IMG/VR virus record: IMGVR_UViG_3300035156_000177
Span: 1 to 60,852 of that record
Reading direction: 5' to 3' (one strand)
Origin: a virus
Lineage: Duplodnaviria; Caudoviricetes
DNA length: 60,852 nucleotides
Part shown: positions 19,091 to 28,027 of the stretch, in pieces
Position numbering within the stretch: the stretch's first letter is position 1
Layout of the letters: each line of letters starts with the position of its first letter
Made by a program: the position numbers and the translations under genes
Notes under the pieces: model-generated
Seen by the model: the letters and a program-made list of their open reading frames with translations, nothing else
What the model was told of the DNA's origin: nothing
Databases searched by the model: none

Positions 19091-19091
19091 G

Positions 19092-19232
19092 ATGGCATTG
19101 CATGCGATCATGGCCGAGGACTGCCCCTACAAGGACGACCTGGCCAACCACCCCGGTGAGGAGTGGGTCGACTGGAAGAACAACGCCAAAGGCCGTCACT
19201 TCCACCTCGAGGACGACGAGGCCGGCGCGTGA
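19092..19232 (+). CDS. small hypothetical protein
   Basis: GAGGA RBS; 46 aa; GTGA overlap with the next ORF. Confidence 0.45.
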   Translation: MALHAIMAEDCPYKDDLANHPGEEWVDWKNNAKGRHFHLEDDEAGA

Positions 19233-19393
19233 GGTCGGCGTCGCACTGGGCCGAGGACAAGAAGGAGGGCATGACCCTCGAGGAGCTCGCCGCGTTCGTC
19301 CAGGACTGCCTCCGGATCGACATCGACCCCAGGACCCGCATCAAGGCCCAGATCGGGTTCGGCAGCCAGCTGCAGAGAGTGGAGACCAAATGA
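19229..19393 (+). CDS. small hypothetical protein
   Basis: coupled ORF; GMTLEELAAFV. Confidence 0.5.
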   Translation: MRSASHWAEDKKEGMTLEELAAFVQDCLRIDIDPRTRIKAQIGFGSQLQRVETK

Positions 19394-19686
19394 TCGACCG
19401 CCAGACGCTGATCACAGAGGCTCTCGATCGCTTGGACTGGCAGGGTGAGGGGACCGACTTGGACAAGGTCGAGCGCATTGTCGACGAGGTGCTGATCCCC
19501 GAGCTGGCCAAGCATGAGGACCAGAACCTGCAGCTGCGGATCGCCGCGGCGGTGGACGCGTGTGGGCAGTCCTACCAGGCCGCCATCAAGCGTCAGCGGG
19601 ACAGCATCACCCGCCTCCTTGAGGAACGCAAGGCGCTCAAAAACCAGATCGACACGCTGGAAGACCAGGTGCGCGCCGCTCGTTGA
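19390..19686 (+). CDS. coiled-coil hypothetical protein
   Basis: GGAG RBS; ATGA overlap. Confidence 0.65.
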   Translation: MIDRQTLITEALDRLDWQGEGTDLDKVERIVDEVLIPELAKHEDQNLQLRIAAAVDACGQSYQAAIKRQRDSITRLLEERKALKNQIDTLEDQVRAAR

Positions 19687-19711
19687 CAGATAGTGGTTCA
19701 CCTGTAAGAAT
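19683..19711 (+). promoter_or_regulatory. putative sigma70 promoter
   Basis: TTGACA 19683-19688 followed 16-17 bp later by TAAGAAT in an AT-rich patch. Confidence 0.55.
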
Positions 19712-19726
19712 CGTTAACGGTAGATG

Positions 19727-19800
19727 GGACCAGGGGCCCCCATCCTGATGCAGGCCGCGGAACCGAGCCGCACGCCTATCAGGGTGGGGGCCTCATGGCC
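19727..19800 (+). ncRNA. long hairpin RNA or structured leader candidate
   Basis: 17 bp stem (19733-19749 with 19778-19794, two G-U pairs) plus two internal 4 bp helices. Confidence 0.5.
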
Positions 19801-19835
19801 TCTCGGACTCTCCCCAACAGAACGGACCCCTCCCC

Positions 19836-20528
19836 ATGGGCACCAACAGCGCACCCTTCCAGGCGTTCCTCATCGCCTCCCAGACCGCCCGGAGCATCGC
19901 TCCCGGGCTCGTCCGCTGGACGGCATGGATGGACCCCGGCGTCCACACCGGCTTCGCCATGGTCACCTACGCCCGCTCGCCCGCTTCCGAGGCGCTCTTC
20001 GACGACGGCATGAAGAGGGTCGGGATCTGTGGCTGGCACGGCGTCCCCGGCGTGGTCAAGCGACCCGACGGCGAGGGCCTCTTCGACGTCTGCAGCGCCG
20101 CGATCCTCTCCATCCACACCGAGCTGCTCACCGACCACGAGCCTCAGCAGGTCCGCACCGCCATCGCGCGCGTGCGCCAGCTGGGCGCGGTGTTCACCGG
20201 CTCGTCGATGTGGAACCTGCCCCTCGGAGCGGCCGATGAGTACACCCTCGACCCGCACCTCGGCGCGGCCGGCGTCGGGGCTGAGACCTTCATCAACCTG
20301 AGACCTGAGCGATCGGCCGAGTACCTGAGTCCCGTGCGGATAAGGTCGATGTTCCAGTACGCGCTGGAGGACGAGTTCGGGATCGAGATGGCGGGCCAGA
20401 TGCCCGGTGATGCCAAGAACACCTTCACCGACATCCGCACGAAGAAGCTGGGGCTCTACATCCCCGGTCCGGACCACGTCCGCGACGCCCTGGCCCACGC
20501 CCTCCTCGCTATCCGGAAGCACGGCTGA
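19836..20528 (+). CDS. RuvC-like Holliday junction resolvase
   Basis: MDPG..TGFA; E.F; Q.P..AK; DH.RDA..H. Confidence 0.7.
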   Translation: MGTNSAPFQAFLIASQTARSIAPGLVRWTAWMDPGVHTGFAMVTYARSPASEALFDDGMKRVGICGWHGVPGVVKRPDGEGLFDVCSAAILSIHTELLTDHEPQQVRTAIARVRQLGAVFTGSSMWNLPLGAADEYTLDPHLGAAGVGAETFINLRPERSAEYLSPVRIRSMFQYALEDEFGIEMAGQMPGDAKNTFTDIRTKKLGLYIPGPDHVRDALAHALLAIRKHG

Positions 20529-20529
20529 C

Positions 20530-20856
20530 ATGACTGTTTACGTCGACGACATGCGCATGCAGGCCCAGGTGGGCCGCCTGAACGCCCGATGGTCCCACCT
20601 GATGGCCGACACCCGCGAAGAGCTGGTCGAGTTCGGCAAGAGGATCGGGATGCAGGAGCGCTGGCTCCAGGACAAGCGGTCAGGGGTCCACTTCGACGTC
20701 ACCGATCCCAAGCGCACCAGGGCCATCATGCTCGGCGCGGTGCCGATCGAGTGCTCGAGCCCTGAGTGGCGCCGCGTGGTCCAGCTGGCCCGTCAGCAGC
20801 ACCTCACCGACTCACACCGCAAGTGCCTGCCAGGGTGCAAAGGGGTCCGGTCGTGA
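20530..20856 (+). CDS. DUF4031-family protein
   Basis: VYVDD...WSHL.ADT.EEL..F...IG....W.Q.....HFDV...KR..AI..GA. Confidence 0.85.
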   Translation: MTVYVDDMRMQAQVGRLNARWSHLMADTREELVEFGKRIGMQERWLQDKRSGVHFDVTDPKRTRAIMLGAVPIECSSPEWRRVVQLARQQHLTDSHRKCLPGCKGVRS

Positions 20857-23324
20857 TCACCCCAGAGCACGAGCGTCTGCTGTCAGAGCGGCACGCCATC
20901 ACCCCACAGGTCGCCGAGGACTTCGGGATCTACTCCGTGACCACCGTCGACCAGCTGCCCACAGAGTTCGCCTGGGTGGGCGAGGAGGGGCTGCCAGGCC
21001 TCGTCTTCCCCTGGGTGTCCACCTCGGGCGACAAGGTGCCCCAGTACCGCCCCGACACCCCCATCGAGGTCGAGGACGAGGACCGCCCCCGCAAGTACCT
21101 CTGGCCCAAGGGCTCCGGCTCGGTGATCGGGGTGGTCCGGGAGGACGACAGCGACCTGGCGATCATCGTGGAAGGCACCAAGCAGGCCATCGTCTGCGCC
21201 GCCTACACCGAGGTGGGGTCGGTCTACGCCGTCGCCGGGTGCCGCAACTGGTCCGAGGACGGGGTGCCCAACGCCGACCTGTCGGTGGTCGAGGACAAGC
21301 GCGTCCTGGTCATGTTCGACGGCGACGTCCGGACCAACCTCGACGTGTGGACCGCCGCCAACCGGCTCAAAGAGGCCCTCATCCCCGAGGGCGCCACCTC
21401 GGTCGAGTTCGTCAACGTCCCCGCCGCCGGGACCGCAGCCCTCGACGACGTCCTCGCGCGCCGGCCCGAGGACAAGCGCTCCCCCTACGTCACCCGCCTC
21501 CTCAAGACCGGCAAGGCGAACCTCGGCGCCGCCCCCAAGGCCAAGCCCCGGCGCCGCAAGACCGACGCCGACGGCCGCCCCGTGGTCACCGTCAACGGGG
21601 ACCGCTACACCGCCATCGAGACCCTCACGGCGGCCCTGGTGAACCGCTACGACGCCGACGTGCTGTTCAACTTCGGCGGGCTGATCGCCCAGCGCCAGGG
21701 GGCGGCGATGGCCCCGGTCACCCACGGCATGTTCCCCCGCCTGGTCCACACCGCGGCGATGTGCATGGCCCTGAACGCCAAGGGCGAGGTCGTGGCCTCA
21801 GAGCCCTCCCAGCAGGTGATGAGCGCCTGCCTGCACAGTGCTGAGTTCTTCTCCCCGCTGGAGAAGATCGCCCAGGCCCCGTTCGTCCGTGAGGACGGCA
21901 CCATCTGCCAGACGTCGGGCTACGACGCCCAGTCCGAGACCTACGTGGTCCTCACCCCCGAGCTCGAGCGGATCGACGTGCCCGAGTTTCCCACCGCAGT
22001 CCAGCGAGAAAGAGCACTCGCCGACCTGCATCACTGGCTGATCGACTTCCTGGCCATCATGCCCACCGACGCCGACAAGGCCAACGCCCTCGGCCTGGTC
22101 CTCACCCCGTTCGTCCGGGGCCTGTGCGGCACGGTGCCGCTGGCCGTGGTCAACGGGCTGCAGATGGGGGTGGGCAAGAACATGTTCGCCGACATCCTCT
22201 CCCTGCTGGTCACCGGCGAGCGCGCGGCCGCCCTGCCCTGGTCGAAGGAGGACGAGGAGAACCGCAAGGTGATCACCGCGGCCTTCCGGTCCGGGGCCAA
22301 GCTGTTCGTGTTCGACGAGGCCCACAAGATCGAGGGGATCTCACTCAGTCGGGCCCTGACCGGGGACACCTACACCGACCGGATCCTGGGCTCGTCGACC
22401 AACGTCGAGCTGCCCAACAACGTGACCTGGGTGGCCCTGGGGAACAACGTCACGGTCAACGGGGACACCTCCCGCCGGTACTACACCATCCGCCTCGAGC
22501 CCCAGACGCCCAACCCCCAGGACCGCTCGGCCGACGCCTTCACCCACGCCGACGTCCGGCAGTACACCCTGGACAACCGGGTGGCGCTGCTGGAGGCCCT
22601 GCTGACCCTGGTGCGGGCCTGGTTCGTCGCCGGGCAGCCCCAGAGCGCCGCGGGGCGCCGGTTCGGGTCGTTCGAGTCCTGGGGTGGGATGGTCGGCGGG
22701 ATCCTCCAGGTGGCCGGCGTCGAGGGCTTCCTGGGCAACCTGGTCGAGACCCGTTCGGAGTCCGACTACGAGCGCACCTACTGGCTCGACCACTACCGCT
22801 GGCTCACCCGGAAGTTCGGGGTGGGCACCAGTTTCACGGTCGGTTCAGTCGTAAGAAAGCTCCTGGAGGACGGTCCGGGGACTGCTGAGTGTCCTCCGGG
22901 GCTCGAAGATCCGGAGGCCAAGGGGTACAACCGGCGGCTCGGACAGGCCTACCGGCACCAGAAAAACAAGGTTTTAGACGATCTGCAGCTGATCCAGAGT
23001 CGTCGGTCGGACCACCACGGGAACTCGTGGACGGTCGTGGTTCGTGATCGGAGCCTCCAAAACCCGGCCAAAGAGCCCGAAAAAACCTTAAAACTGGGTG
23101 ATAGGGGTATTAGGGGTGTTAGATCTAACGTAGATTCTAAATGTGCGAGGCTTCGCACGAATGAACCTAGTGAACCGATACCTGTAGAGACCGATACGCG
23201 TTTATTGGCCGAGAGGACGAAACCTAACACCCAACATCACCCCTATCACCCCGACGGCCTCTCGGAGGTCCTGGAGGGGCTGAACGGCCGTGAGGGTAGT
23301 CGAGCAAGGTTCAGAAGGGTATGA
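20853..23324 (+). CDS. DNA primase (TOPRIM-like)/helicase fusion
   Basis: Q.RPD.P...KY, IVEGTKQA, FDGD; C-terminal P-loop GLQMGVGKN, VFDE, RILG.S, GNN. Confidence 0.85.
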   Translation: MITPEHERLLSERHAITPQVAEDFGIYSVTTVDQLPTEFAWVGEEGLPGLVFPWVSTSGDKVPQYRPDTPIEVEDEDRPRKYLWPKGSGSVIGVVREDDSDLAIIVEGTKQAIVCAAYTEVGSVYAVAGCRNWSEDGVPNADLSVVEDKRVLVMFDGDVRTNLDVWTAANRLKEALIPEGATSVEFVNVPAAGTAALDDVLARRPEDKRSPYVTRLLKTGKANLGAAPKAKPRRRKTDADGRPVVTVNGDRYTAIETLTAALVNRYDADVLFNFGGLIAQRQGAAMAPVTHGMFPRLVHTAAMCMALNAKGEVVASEPSQQVMSACLHSAEFFSPLEKIAQAPFVREDGTICQTSGYDAQSETYVVLTPELERIDVPEFPTAVQRERALADLHHWLIDFLAIMPTDADKANALGLVLTPFVRGLCGTVPLAVVNGLQMGVGKNMFADILSLLVTGERAAALPWSKEDEENRKVITAAFRSGAKLFVFDEAHKIEGISLSRALTGDTYTDRILGSSTNVELPNNVTWVALGNNVTVNGDTSRRYYTIRLEPQTPNPQDRSADAFTHADVRQYTLDNRVALLEALLTLVRAWFVAGQPQSAAGRRFGSFESWGGMVGGILQVAGVEGFLGNLVETRSESDYERTYWLDHYRWLTRKFGVGTSFTVGSVVRKLLEDGPGTAECPPGLEDPEAKGYNRRLGQAYRHQKNKVLDDLQLIQSRRSDHHGNSWTVVVRDRSLQNPAKEPEKTLKLGDRGIRGVRSNVDSKCARLRTNEPSEPIPVETDTRLLAERTKPNTQHHPYHPDGLSEVLEGLNGREGSRARFRRV
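23096..23252. repeat. iteron-like inverted-repeat element (copy A), putative replication origin
   Basis: GGGTGATAG-GGGTATTAG-GGGTGTTAG facing inverted copies; AT-rich core; inside the primase-helicase 3' end. Confidence 0.75.
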
Positions 23325-23641
23325 TGGTTCACATGACACAGCTCAAGCCGCTGGAGCCGGTGCGGTACTACCTGCCGGTCGACGACGCCACGGTGCTCAA
23401 GGTCCTCAACGGGCTGCCCTCGGGGGTCTACGCCTCCAAGGCCCTGCACGAGCGCTACGTCGCCCTCGCCCCACCCAGCGAGGTCGCGGGGATGCAGCCG
23501 GCATCGGTCCAGAAGTTCGGTGCCCGGCTCCGTGAGCTGGGGTTCAAGCCGGTGCACAAGCACGGTGTCCGGTCCTGGGTGATCAACAACCGCCAGACGC
23601 TGCGCCTGGTGGCCGAGCTCGCAGAGGGGTACCAGCGATGA
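23321..23641 (+). CDS. hypothetical protein (possible winged helix)
   Basis: ATGA overlap; LHERY...KFG..LRELGF pattern. Confidence 0.65.
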   Translation: MMVHMTQLKPLEPVRYYLPVDDATVLKVLNGLPSGVYASKALHERYVALAPPSEVAGMQPASVQKFGARLRELGFKPVHKHGVRSWVINNRQTLRLVAELAEGYQR

Positions 23642-23834
23642 GGGAGAACAACCGCAAAACTTCAAGTTCGGTTGAGGTTTCGTTTGACGAGCATGTCCGG
23701 ACATTGCCGGTGGCTTGTCCCTGGCTCCCCTACGAGCGGACCTGGGGCATCAGGCGCTACCTCGAGCAGGCCCTGACCCCGCCCCGCCGTTCCCAGCGCC
23801 ACCCCGAGCACCTCCACCTGAACTTCCCCGTCTG

Positions 23835-24317
23835 ATGGCCGAGATCACTCGCGATCTCGTGACGACACTGGTCGCATGCGAGCGAGCTCAGCTCGAACCC
23901 GACCAGTGGATCATTGGTCTGGCCCAGTCCTGGCTGGAGCGTGACCAGGCCGCACGGGACGCCGAAGCCAAACTGGCGGCGGTGGCCAAGTTCGCCCAGG
24001 ACTGCCACACAGAGGTCGAGCGTCGGCAGGCGATGAAGATGCACGGCCCGCACCTCGACGCGGCACAGGTAGCCCAACGGCTCGACGACCTGGTGGGTGG
24101 CGACCAGGAACAGCCGAAGCCCGAACCCGTGTGCGACAAGTGCCACAAGGGGATGACCTACCGGCTGGAAGACGGACGGGAGTCGTGCTGGTGCGGTGCC
24201 CTCAAGGAGCCGAAGCCGGTCGACGCCATCGTGGGCGCCCCTGCAGCGGCTGCGGTCGAGGACGTGACCCCGCCGTGGCACGGGCCCCACCACGCCGAGC
24301 TCGGGGGTGTGAAGTGA
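23835..24317 (+). CDS. hypothetical protein with Zn-ribbon-like motif
   Basis: CDKC...CWCG. Confidence 0.6.
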   Translation: MAEITRDLVTTLVACERAQLEPDQWIIGLAQSWLERDQAARDAEAKLAAVAKFAQDCHTEVERRQAMKMHGPHLDAAQVAQRLDDLVGGDQEQPKPEPVCDKCHKGMTYRLEDGRESCWCGALKEPKPVDAIVGAPAAAAVEDVTPPWHGPHHAELGGVK

Positions 24318-24538
24318 GCTGGTGGCGCTGGAGGCGCTCAGAGCCCCGCAGACGCTCCTGGGAGGATTGGCCCGCCCCGGGCTCCGCAGACGCTCCTGGC
24401 CCCGCCAGGGCCCCGGGATCTGACCCTGTAGCCGAAGGGGTGGACCCCGGGATGACCGTCGTGTCGCCCCAGGGGATCCGGCTCGTCAAGCAGCCCGACG
24501 GGTCTTTCACCAACGCCGACCCCATCAACCTGCCCTGA
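24314..24538 (+). CDS. small hypothetical protein
   Basis: GTGA overlap; ends before the hairpin. Confidence 0.4.
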   Translation: MSWWRWRRSEPRRRSWEDWPAPGSADAPGPARAPGSDPVAEGVDPGMTVVSPQGIRLVKQPDGSFTNADPINLP

Positions 24539-24550
24539 TGGAGACCTGCA

Positions 24551-24587
24551 GAAGGGGCCGGTCGTGATGACCGGCCCCTTCGCTTTC
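24551..24587. terminator. hairpin between convergent genes
   Basis: GAAGGGGCCGGTC-GTGAT-GACCGGCCCCTTC perfect 13 bp stem. Confidence 0.8.
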
Positions 24588-24599
24588 AAGCGGCGAGGA

Positions 24600-24983
24600 C
24601 TACCAGCCGCCGGCGCCCCGATGGTTCAGGTACACCGACGTGGCGATCGCGGTGGGTGTCCGCCAGCAGCGGGTGCTGTCGGAGTACCGGATGATGTACC
24701 ACGGGGACGCCGACCCCGACGTGCGGGCGACGATGAGGATCGACCCCACCGACCCCACCCCGTGAGCCAGCTCGCCGACGTCGACGAAGTCCCGGGTGCC
24801 GGTGCAGTTGTTGGAGTGGTAGGCGTACAGCGCGGTGTTCGACCGGCTGGAGTTCCCCAGGACGGTCACCGCCTGAGGTGTGGCCGGTGCCGGCTCGGGT
24901 GCGGCCGCCTCCGCTGTGGACGCCAGTGCCCCGGACAGGGCCAAGCCTGCGGTGACGATCGCTGCGGCCTTGAGTGTGTTCAT
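24600..24983 (-). CDS. secreted protein (signal peptide, two Cys)
   Basis: GAGGAG RBS; MNTLKAAAIVTAGLALSGALASTAEA-A; Pro/Ala linker. Confidence 0.75.
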   Translation of the reverse strand: MNTLKAAAIVTAGLALSGALASTAEAAAPEPAPATPQAVTVLGNSSRSNTALYAYHSNNCTGTRDFVDVGELAHGVGSVGSILIVARTSGSASPWYIIRYSDSTRCWRTPTAIATSVYLNHRGAGGW

Positions 24984-25075
24984 GCTGCTCCTCGATCTCG
25001 TCCCCCGAGATCGGAACATCCGATGCGCCCACTGTGTCCGGCACGAGGGTCATCTCACCCGGTAACGTGGGATCC

Positions 25076-25345
25076 ATGGCCTACGACCCGCTCAACTCCG
25101 CGAAGAACCGTGACCCCAGTGAGTTCGGCGGGTCCGCGGGCCACCCCCAGCCGCTGGCCATGGGCCACGTCGAGCTCACCCCGCAGGAGAAGCGGATGAT
25201 CGTCCAGCGCGAGACCATCGCCTCGGCCGGCGTCATGGAGGACCTCGACCCCACCGACGAGCACTACGCCGCGGTGATCGACCTCGCCGAGAAGCGGCGC
25301 GACATCTACCGCTCCGGCCACTCCCTGGGGGATGCACTGTCATGA
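25076..25345 (+). CDS. hypothetical protein (probably leaderless)
   Basis: -10-like TAACGT 7 nt before ATG. Confidence 0.6.
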   Translation: MAYDPLNSAKNRDPSEFGGSAGHPQPLAMGHVELTPQEKRMIVQRETIASAGVMEDLDPTDEHYAAVIDLAEKRRDIYRSGHSLGDALS

Positions 25346-25551
25346 GGTTCTGGACCATCGTCACTTCGGGCTACCCGATCTCTGAGATCTCGAATCGTCT
25401 GCAGGAATGGGCGTGGCGCGAGGCCGCGCATCGGCTTCCTCGACGTTTGGCGTACTGGTCGTTCATTGACAGTGGGATTCGCGCTCTGGGCCCGAACGAC
25501 GTGGTCCCTGAGGCCCGCTACATGGACTTGCTGGAGAGGCTGGAGAAGTGA
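25342..25551 (+). CDS. hypothetical protein
   Basis: ATGA and GTGA coupling. Confidence 0.6.
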   Translation: MRFWTIVTSGYPISEISNRLQEWAWREAAHRLPRRLAYWSFIDSGIRALGPNDVVPEARYMDLLERLEK

Positions 25552-26081
25552 GGCTCGTGGAGCCCACGCCGTACATGCTCGACCAGGCCGCGGCGCACTT
25601 CCTCGAGCAGGTCGAGCTCACCGAGTCGGGGCTGCTGCCCGCCGGCGAGTCCGAGATTCAGCACACCTACCGCGGCGAGGAGGGGTGCGGGGTGTTCTTC
25701 TACCCCGACCGCAAGTTCGCCACCGGCACCAGGGAGCAGGCCTGTGTCGCCCAGTTCATCCCCATCGTCAACCGCTCCACCCACCCTGCCGACTCGTTCG
25801 AGTTCGACTACGAGGCCATGGAGCGCGCGATCCGCTGGGAGTACACCGGCGCCCCGTCGGGGTTCGTCCAGGTCGTGCACTCCCACCTCGACGACTCCGC
25901 TCCCAGCCCCGAGGACTTTGCCATGGTCGACGCCCTGGCGGACGGCATGGACAGCCACCCCATCTGGCACCCCACCGAGGCGCACAAGCTCTTCTGCATC
26001 CCGTCAAAGCGCTGGATCGACTTCTCCTCCACCGTGGCCGAGGACACGTTCTCCGCCTCCACCAACCAGGGCCGCCTGTGA
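25548..26081 (+). CDS. JAB/MPN+ (JAMM) metalloprotease
   Basis: EEGCG...N...F...VVHSH.....PSPED matches E-x-HSH-x7-S-x2-D. Confidence 0.8.
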   Translation: MRLVEPTPYMLDQAAAHFLEQVELTESGLLPAGESEIQHTYRGEEGCGVFFYPDRKFATGTREQACVAQFIPIVNRSTHPADSFEFDYEAMERAIRWEYTGAPSGFVQVVHSHLDDSAPSPEDFAMVDALADGMDSHPIWHPTEAHKLFCIPSKRWIDFSSTVAEDTFSASTNQGRL

Positions 26082-26236
26082 AGCGCAAGGCCGACAAGGA
26101 CCTCGAGGTCGCGCGCCTCAAGGCGGTCCTCGCCGAGGGACTGGACGCGCACGACCTGCAGCTGTGGAAGAAGGGCAGCATCCAGACCGGCGCGAAGAAG
26201 GTCCACCGCATCCTCGCCGCGCGGGGTCTGCTGTGA
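26078..26236 (+). CDS. small hypothetical protein
   Basis: GTGA overlaps on both sides. Confidence 0.5.
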   Translation: MKRKADKDLEVARLKAVLAEGLDAHDLQLWKKGSIQTGAKKVHRILAARGLL

Positions 26237-26658
26237 CGACGCTGCAGCACATCCGCAAGGTGATCACCCTGCTCCCGGTGCGGGTCGTCGACGGCGACTC
26301 GTGGTGGTGCTACGTCGACCAGGACTTCCGCGAGATCGGCTACCACGAGTTCCGCCTGGACGGCTGGGACACCCCGGAGAAACAGGGCCCGCTGGTCACC
26401 CCGTTCGAGCGGGAGAAGGCGCGCCAGGCCACCGAGGACGTGCGCGAGTGGTGGGCCTACGCCATCGACCACGACCTGACCGTCTACGTCAAGACCAAGC
26501 CCGACCCCGAGAAGTACGGGCGCTGGCTCGCCGGCCTGTGGGCCGAGGACGAGCACGAGGTCGAGACACACCTGGGCCCGCACCTGTTCACCCTCGGTCT
26601 CGCCGTCCCCTCCAGGGGCACCGCGGGCAACCGCTGGCGGGACACCTACCGTGGCTGA
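26233..26658 (+). CDS. thermonuclease (SNase-like) family nuclease
   Basis: RVVDGDS, RLDGWDTPE, EKYGRWLA. Confidence 0.85.
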   Translation: MTTLQHIRKVITLLPVRVVDGDSWWCYVDQDFREIGYHEFRLDGWDTPEKQGPLVTPFEREKARQATEDVREWWAYAIDHDLTVYVKTKPDPEKYGRWLAGLWAEDEHEVETHLGPHLFTLGLAVPSRGTAGNRWRDTYRG

Positions 26659-26914
26659 CAACGACGAGCTCCGCGCGGCTATCGAGAAGGCGTGCCAGGG
26701 CGAGGCGCTGACCAAGAGTGACGAGATCATTAAAGACCTGCTGCTGCTCGAGTTTGTGGTGGTGGCCTGCCGCAAGGGCTTCGACGACGAAGGCAAGGAG
26801 ATCACCCAGATCGTCCTGATCCCTGACGGTGGAGCCGACCACCAGATCGCCGGCCTGCTGCGCAACGCAACGTTGCGCATGGATCTCGAAATGATGGATG
26901 TCTACGGTGAGTAA
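26651..26914 (+). CDS. hypothetical protein
   Basis: overlapping ORF in operon. Confidence 0.6.
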   Translation: MADNDELRAAIEKACQGEALTKSDEIIKDLLLLEFVVVACRKGFDDEGKEITQIVLIPDGGADHQIAGLLRNATLRMDLEMMDVYGE

Positions 26915-27065
26915 CGTCCACGTCGAGCCGATCAACGACCTGATCGAGCACCAGGACGAGGACTGCCCGTGCGGTCCCGAGACAGAGCCCGTGCCGCGCG
27001 AAGACGGTAGCATCGGCTGGCTGATCATTCACCACTCCCTCGACGGCAGAGAGCTCAACGAATGA
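26907..27065 (+). CDS. small His/Cys metal-binding protein
   Basis: HV.P.NDLIEH...CPCGP...W...HHSLDGRE, a pattern familiar from actinophages. Confidence 0.65.
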   Translation: MSNVHVEPINDLIEHQDEDCPCGPETEPVPREDGSIGWLIIHHSLDGRELNE

Positions 27066-27622
27066 CCGCGGTGGCACCGGAGGGGCGCCAGCAGTGGGGC
27101 GGCAAGAAGCGGGTGCGCAAGAAGCGGGCCAAGGTTCCCGAGCGCTACCAGCAGCTGATCGACGGGGTGATCACCGTCGACGACCTGGACGACGACGAGA
27201 TCGCGCGCGGCCAGCTGCGCAACCGCAACGGCGGGTTCTCCTCGCCGCCGCAGGCGATCCCCTGGGTGATGCACGACGCGCTGAGGGCCAGCATGGAGCG
27301 CCGGATCCAGCGCCAGCTGATGAGCAAGATGACCGAGGTCACCGACGCCCTGATCAAGATCGCCACCAACGACTACGGCAGCGCTGAGGCCCGGGTGAAG
27401 GCCATGGCGCTGATCTTCGACCGGGCTCTGGGCAAGGTCCCGGAGAAGTCGGAGAGCAAGGTCACGATCACGGCGAAGTGGGAGGACGCGGCCGCCGGCG
27501 GCCGGTTGTTCATCGACCTCGACGAGCCCGAGGGCGACGTCGTCGACGCCGAGGTGGTGCAGACCCCGGAGATCGAGGCGAAGAACACAGGAACTCGGCA
27601 GCGCTCGGGCATCGTGCTCTGA
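27062..27622 (+). CDS. probable terminase small subunit
   Basis: DDLDDDEIARGQLRN.NG.F...P and L..IA.....R.KA..I.DR..GK.PE resemble actinophage TerS. Confidence 0.55.
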   Translation: MTAVAPEGRQQWGGKKRVRKKRAKVPERYQQLIDGVITVDDLDDDEIARGQLRNRNGGFSSPPQAIPWVMHDALRASMERRIQRQLMSKMTEVTDALIKIATNDYGSAEARVKAMALIFDRALGKVPEKSESKVTITAKWEDAAAGGRLFIDLDEPEGDVVDAEVVQTPEIEAKNTGTRQRSGIVL

Positions 27623-27668
27623 TAACCTGGACGTCGACTCTCTGGGGAGGGATGTCGCCCGAAAGATC

Positions 27669-27711
27669 AAACCCGCTTGCTGGCCCCCAACCGACGGCAG
27701 GCGGGTTTTTT
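27669..27711 (+). terminator. intrinsic terminator
   Basis: AAACCCGCTTGCTG pairs with CGGCAGGCGGGTTT, followed by a T-run. Confidence 0.8.
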
Positions 27712-27735
27712 CTTGCCCGGACACGGTGTCGGGCT

Positions 27736-27772
27736 GTAGCGCACTAGTGCTGTCCAGTGCTACGGTGAGGGC
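27736..27772 (+). promoter_or_regulatory. leaderless promoter with candidate operator
   Basis: TGC-TACGGT ends 6 nt before ATG 27773; GTAGCGCACTA and palindrome GCACTAGTGC upstream. Confidence 0.5.
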
Positions 27773-28027
27773 ATGTCATCCTACCTATCAGAAGCTGACC
27801 GCCGCATCCTCGAGAAGGACCTTCCCGAGACCAAGCCCAAGGACCCCGAGCCCCCGGAGGACCACGACGACGACGACGAAGACGGTGGAGGCGGTGGTGG
27901 ACTGCACTTCCACCTCGACGGGCTCTTCGCCGCGATCGCCGTGATCGCGTCGGTCTACATGATCACCCGGGCCCTGGTCCTGATCTTCGCCCCGGAGGCG
28001 GCGTGGGCCCTGCTGAGCCACCCGTGA
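27773..28027 (+). CDS. membrane protein with acidic N-terminus
   Basis: acidic/Gly tract then C-terminal hydrophobic helix. Confidence 0.65.
   Translation: MSSYLSEADRRILEKDLPETKPKDPEPPEDHDDDDEDGGGGGGLHFHLDGLFAAIAVIASVYMITRALVLIFAPEAAWALLSHP

Noticed and set aside
23096-23252. CRISPR-like array or telomere repeat
   Set aside because: Only about three 9 bp units per arm, no unique spacers, internal location.
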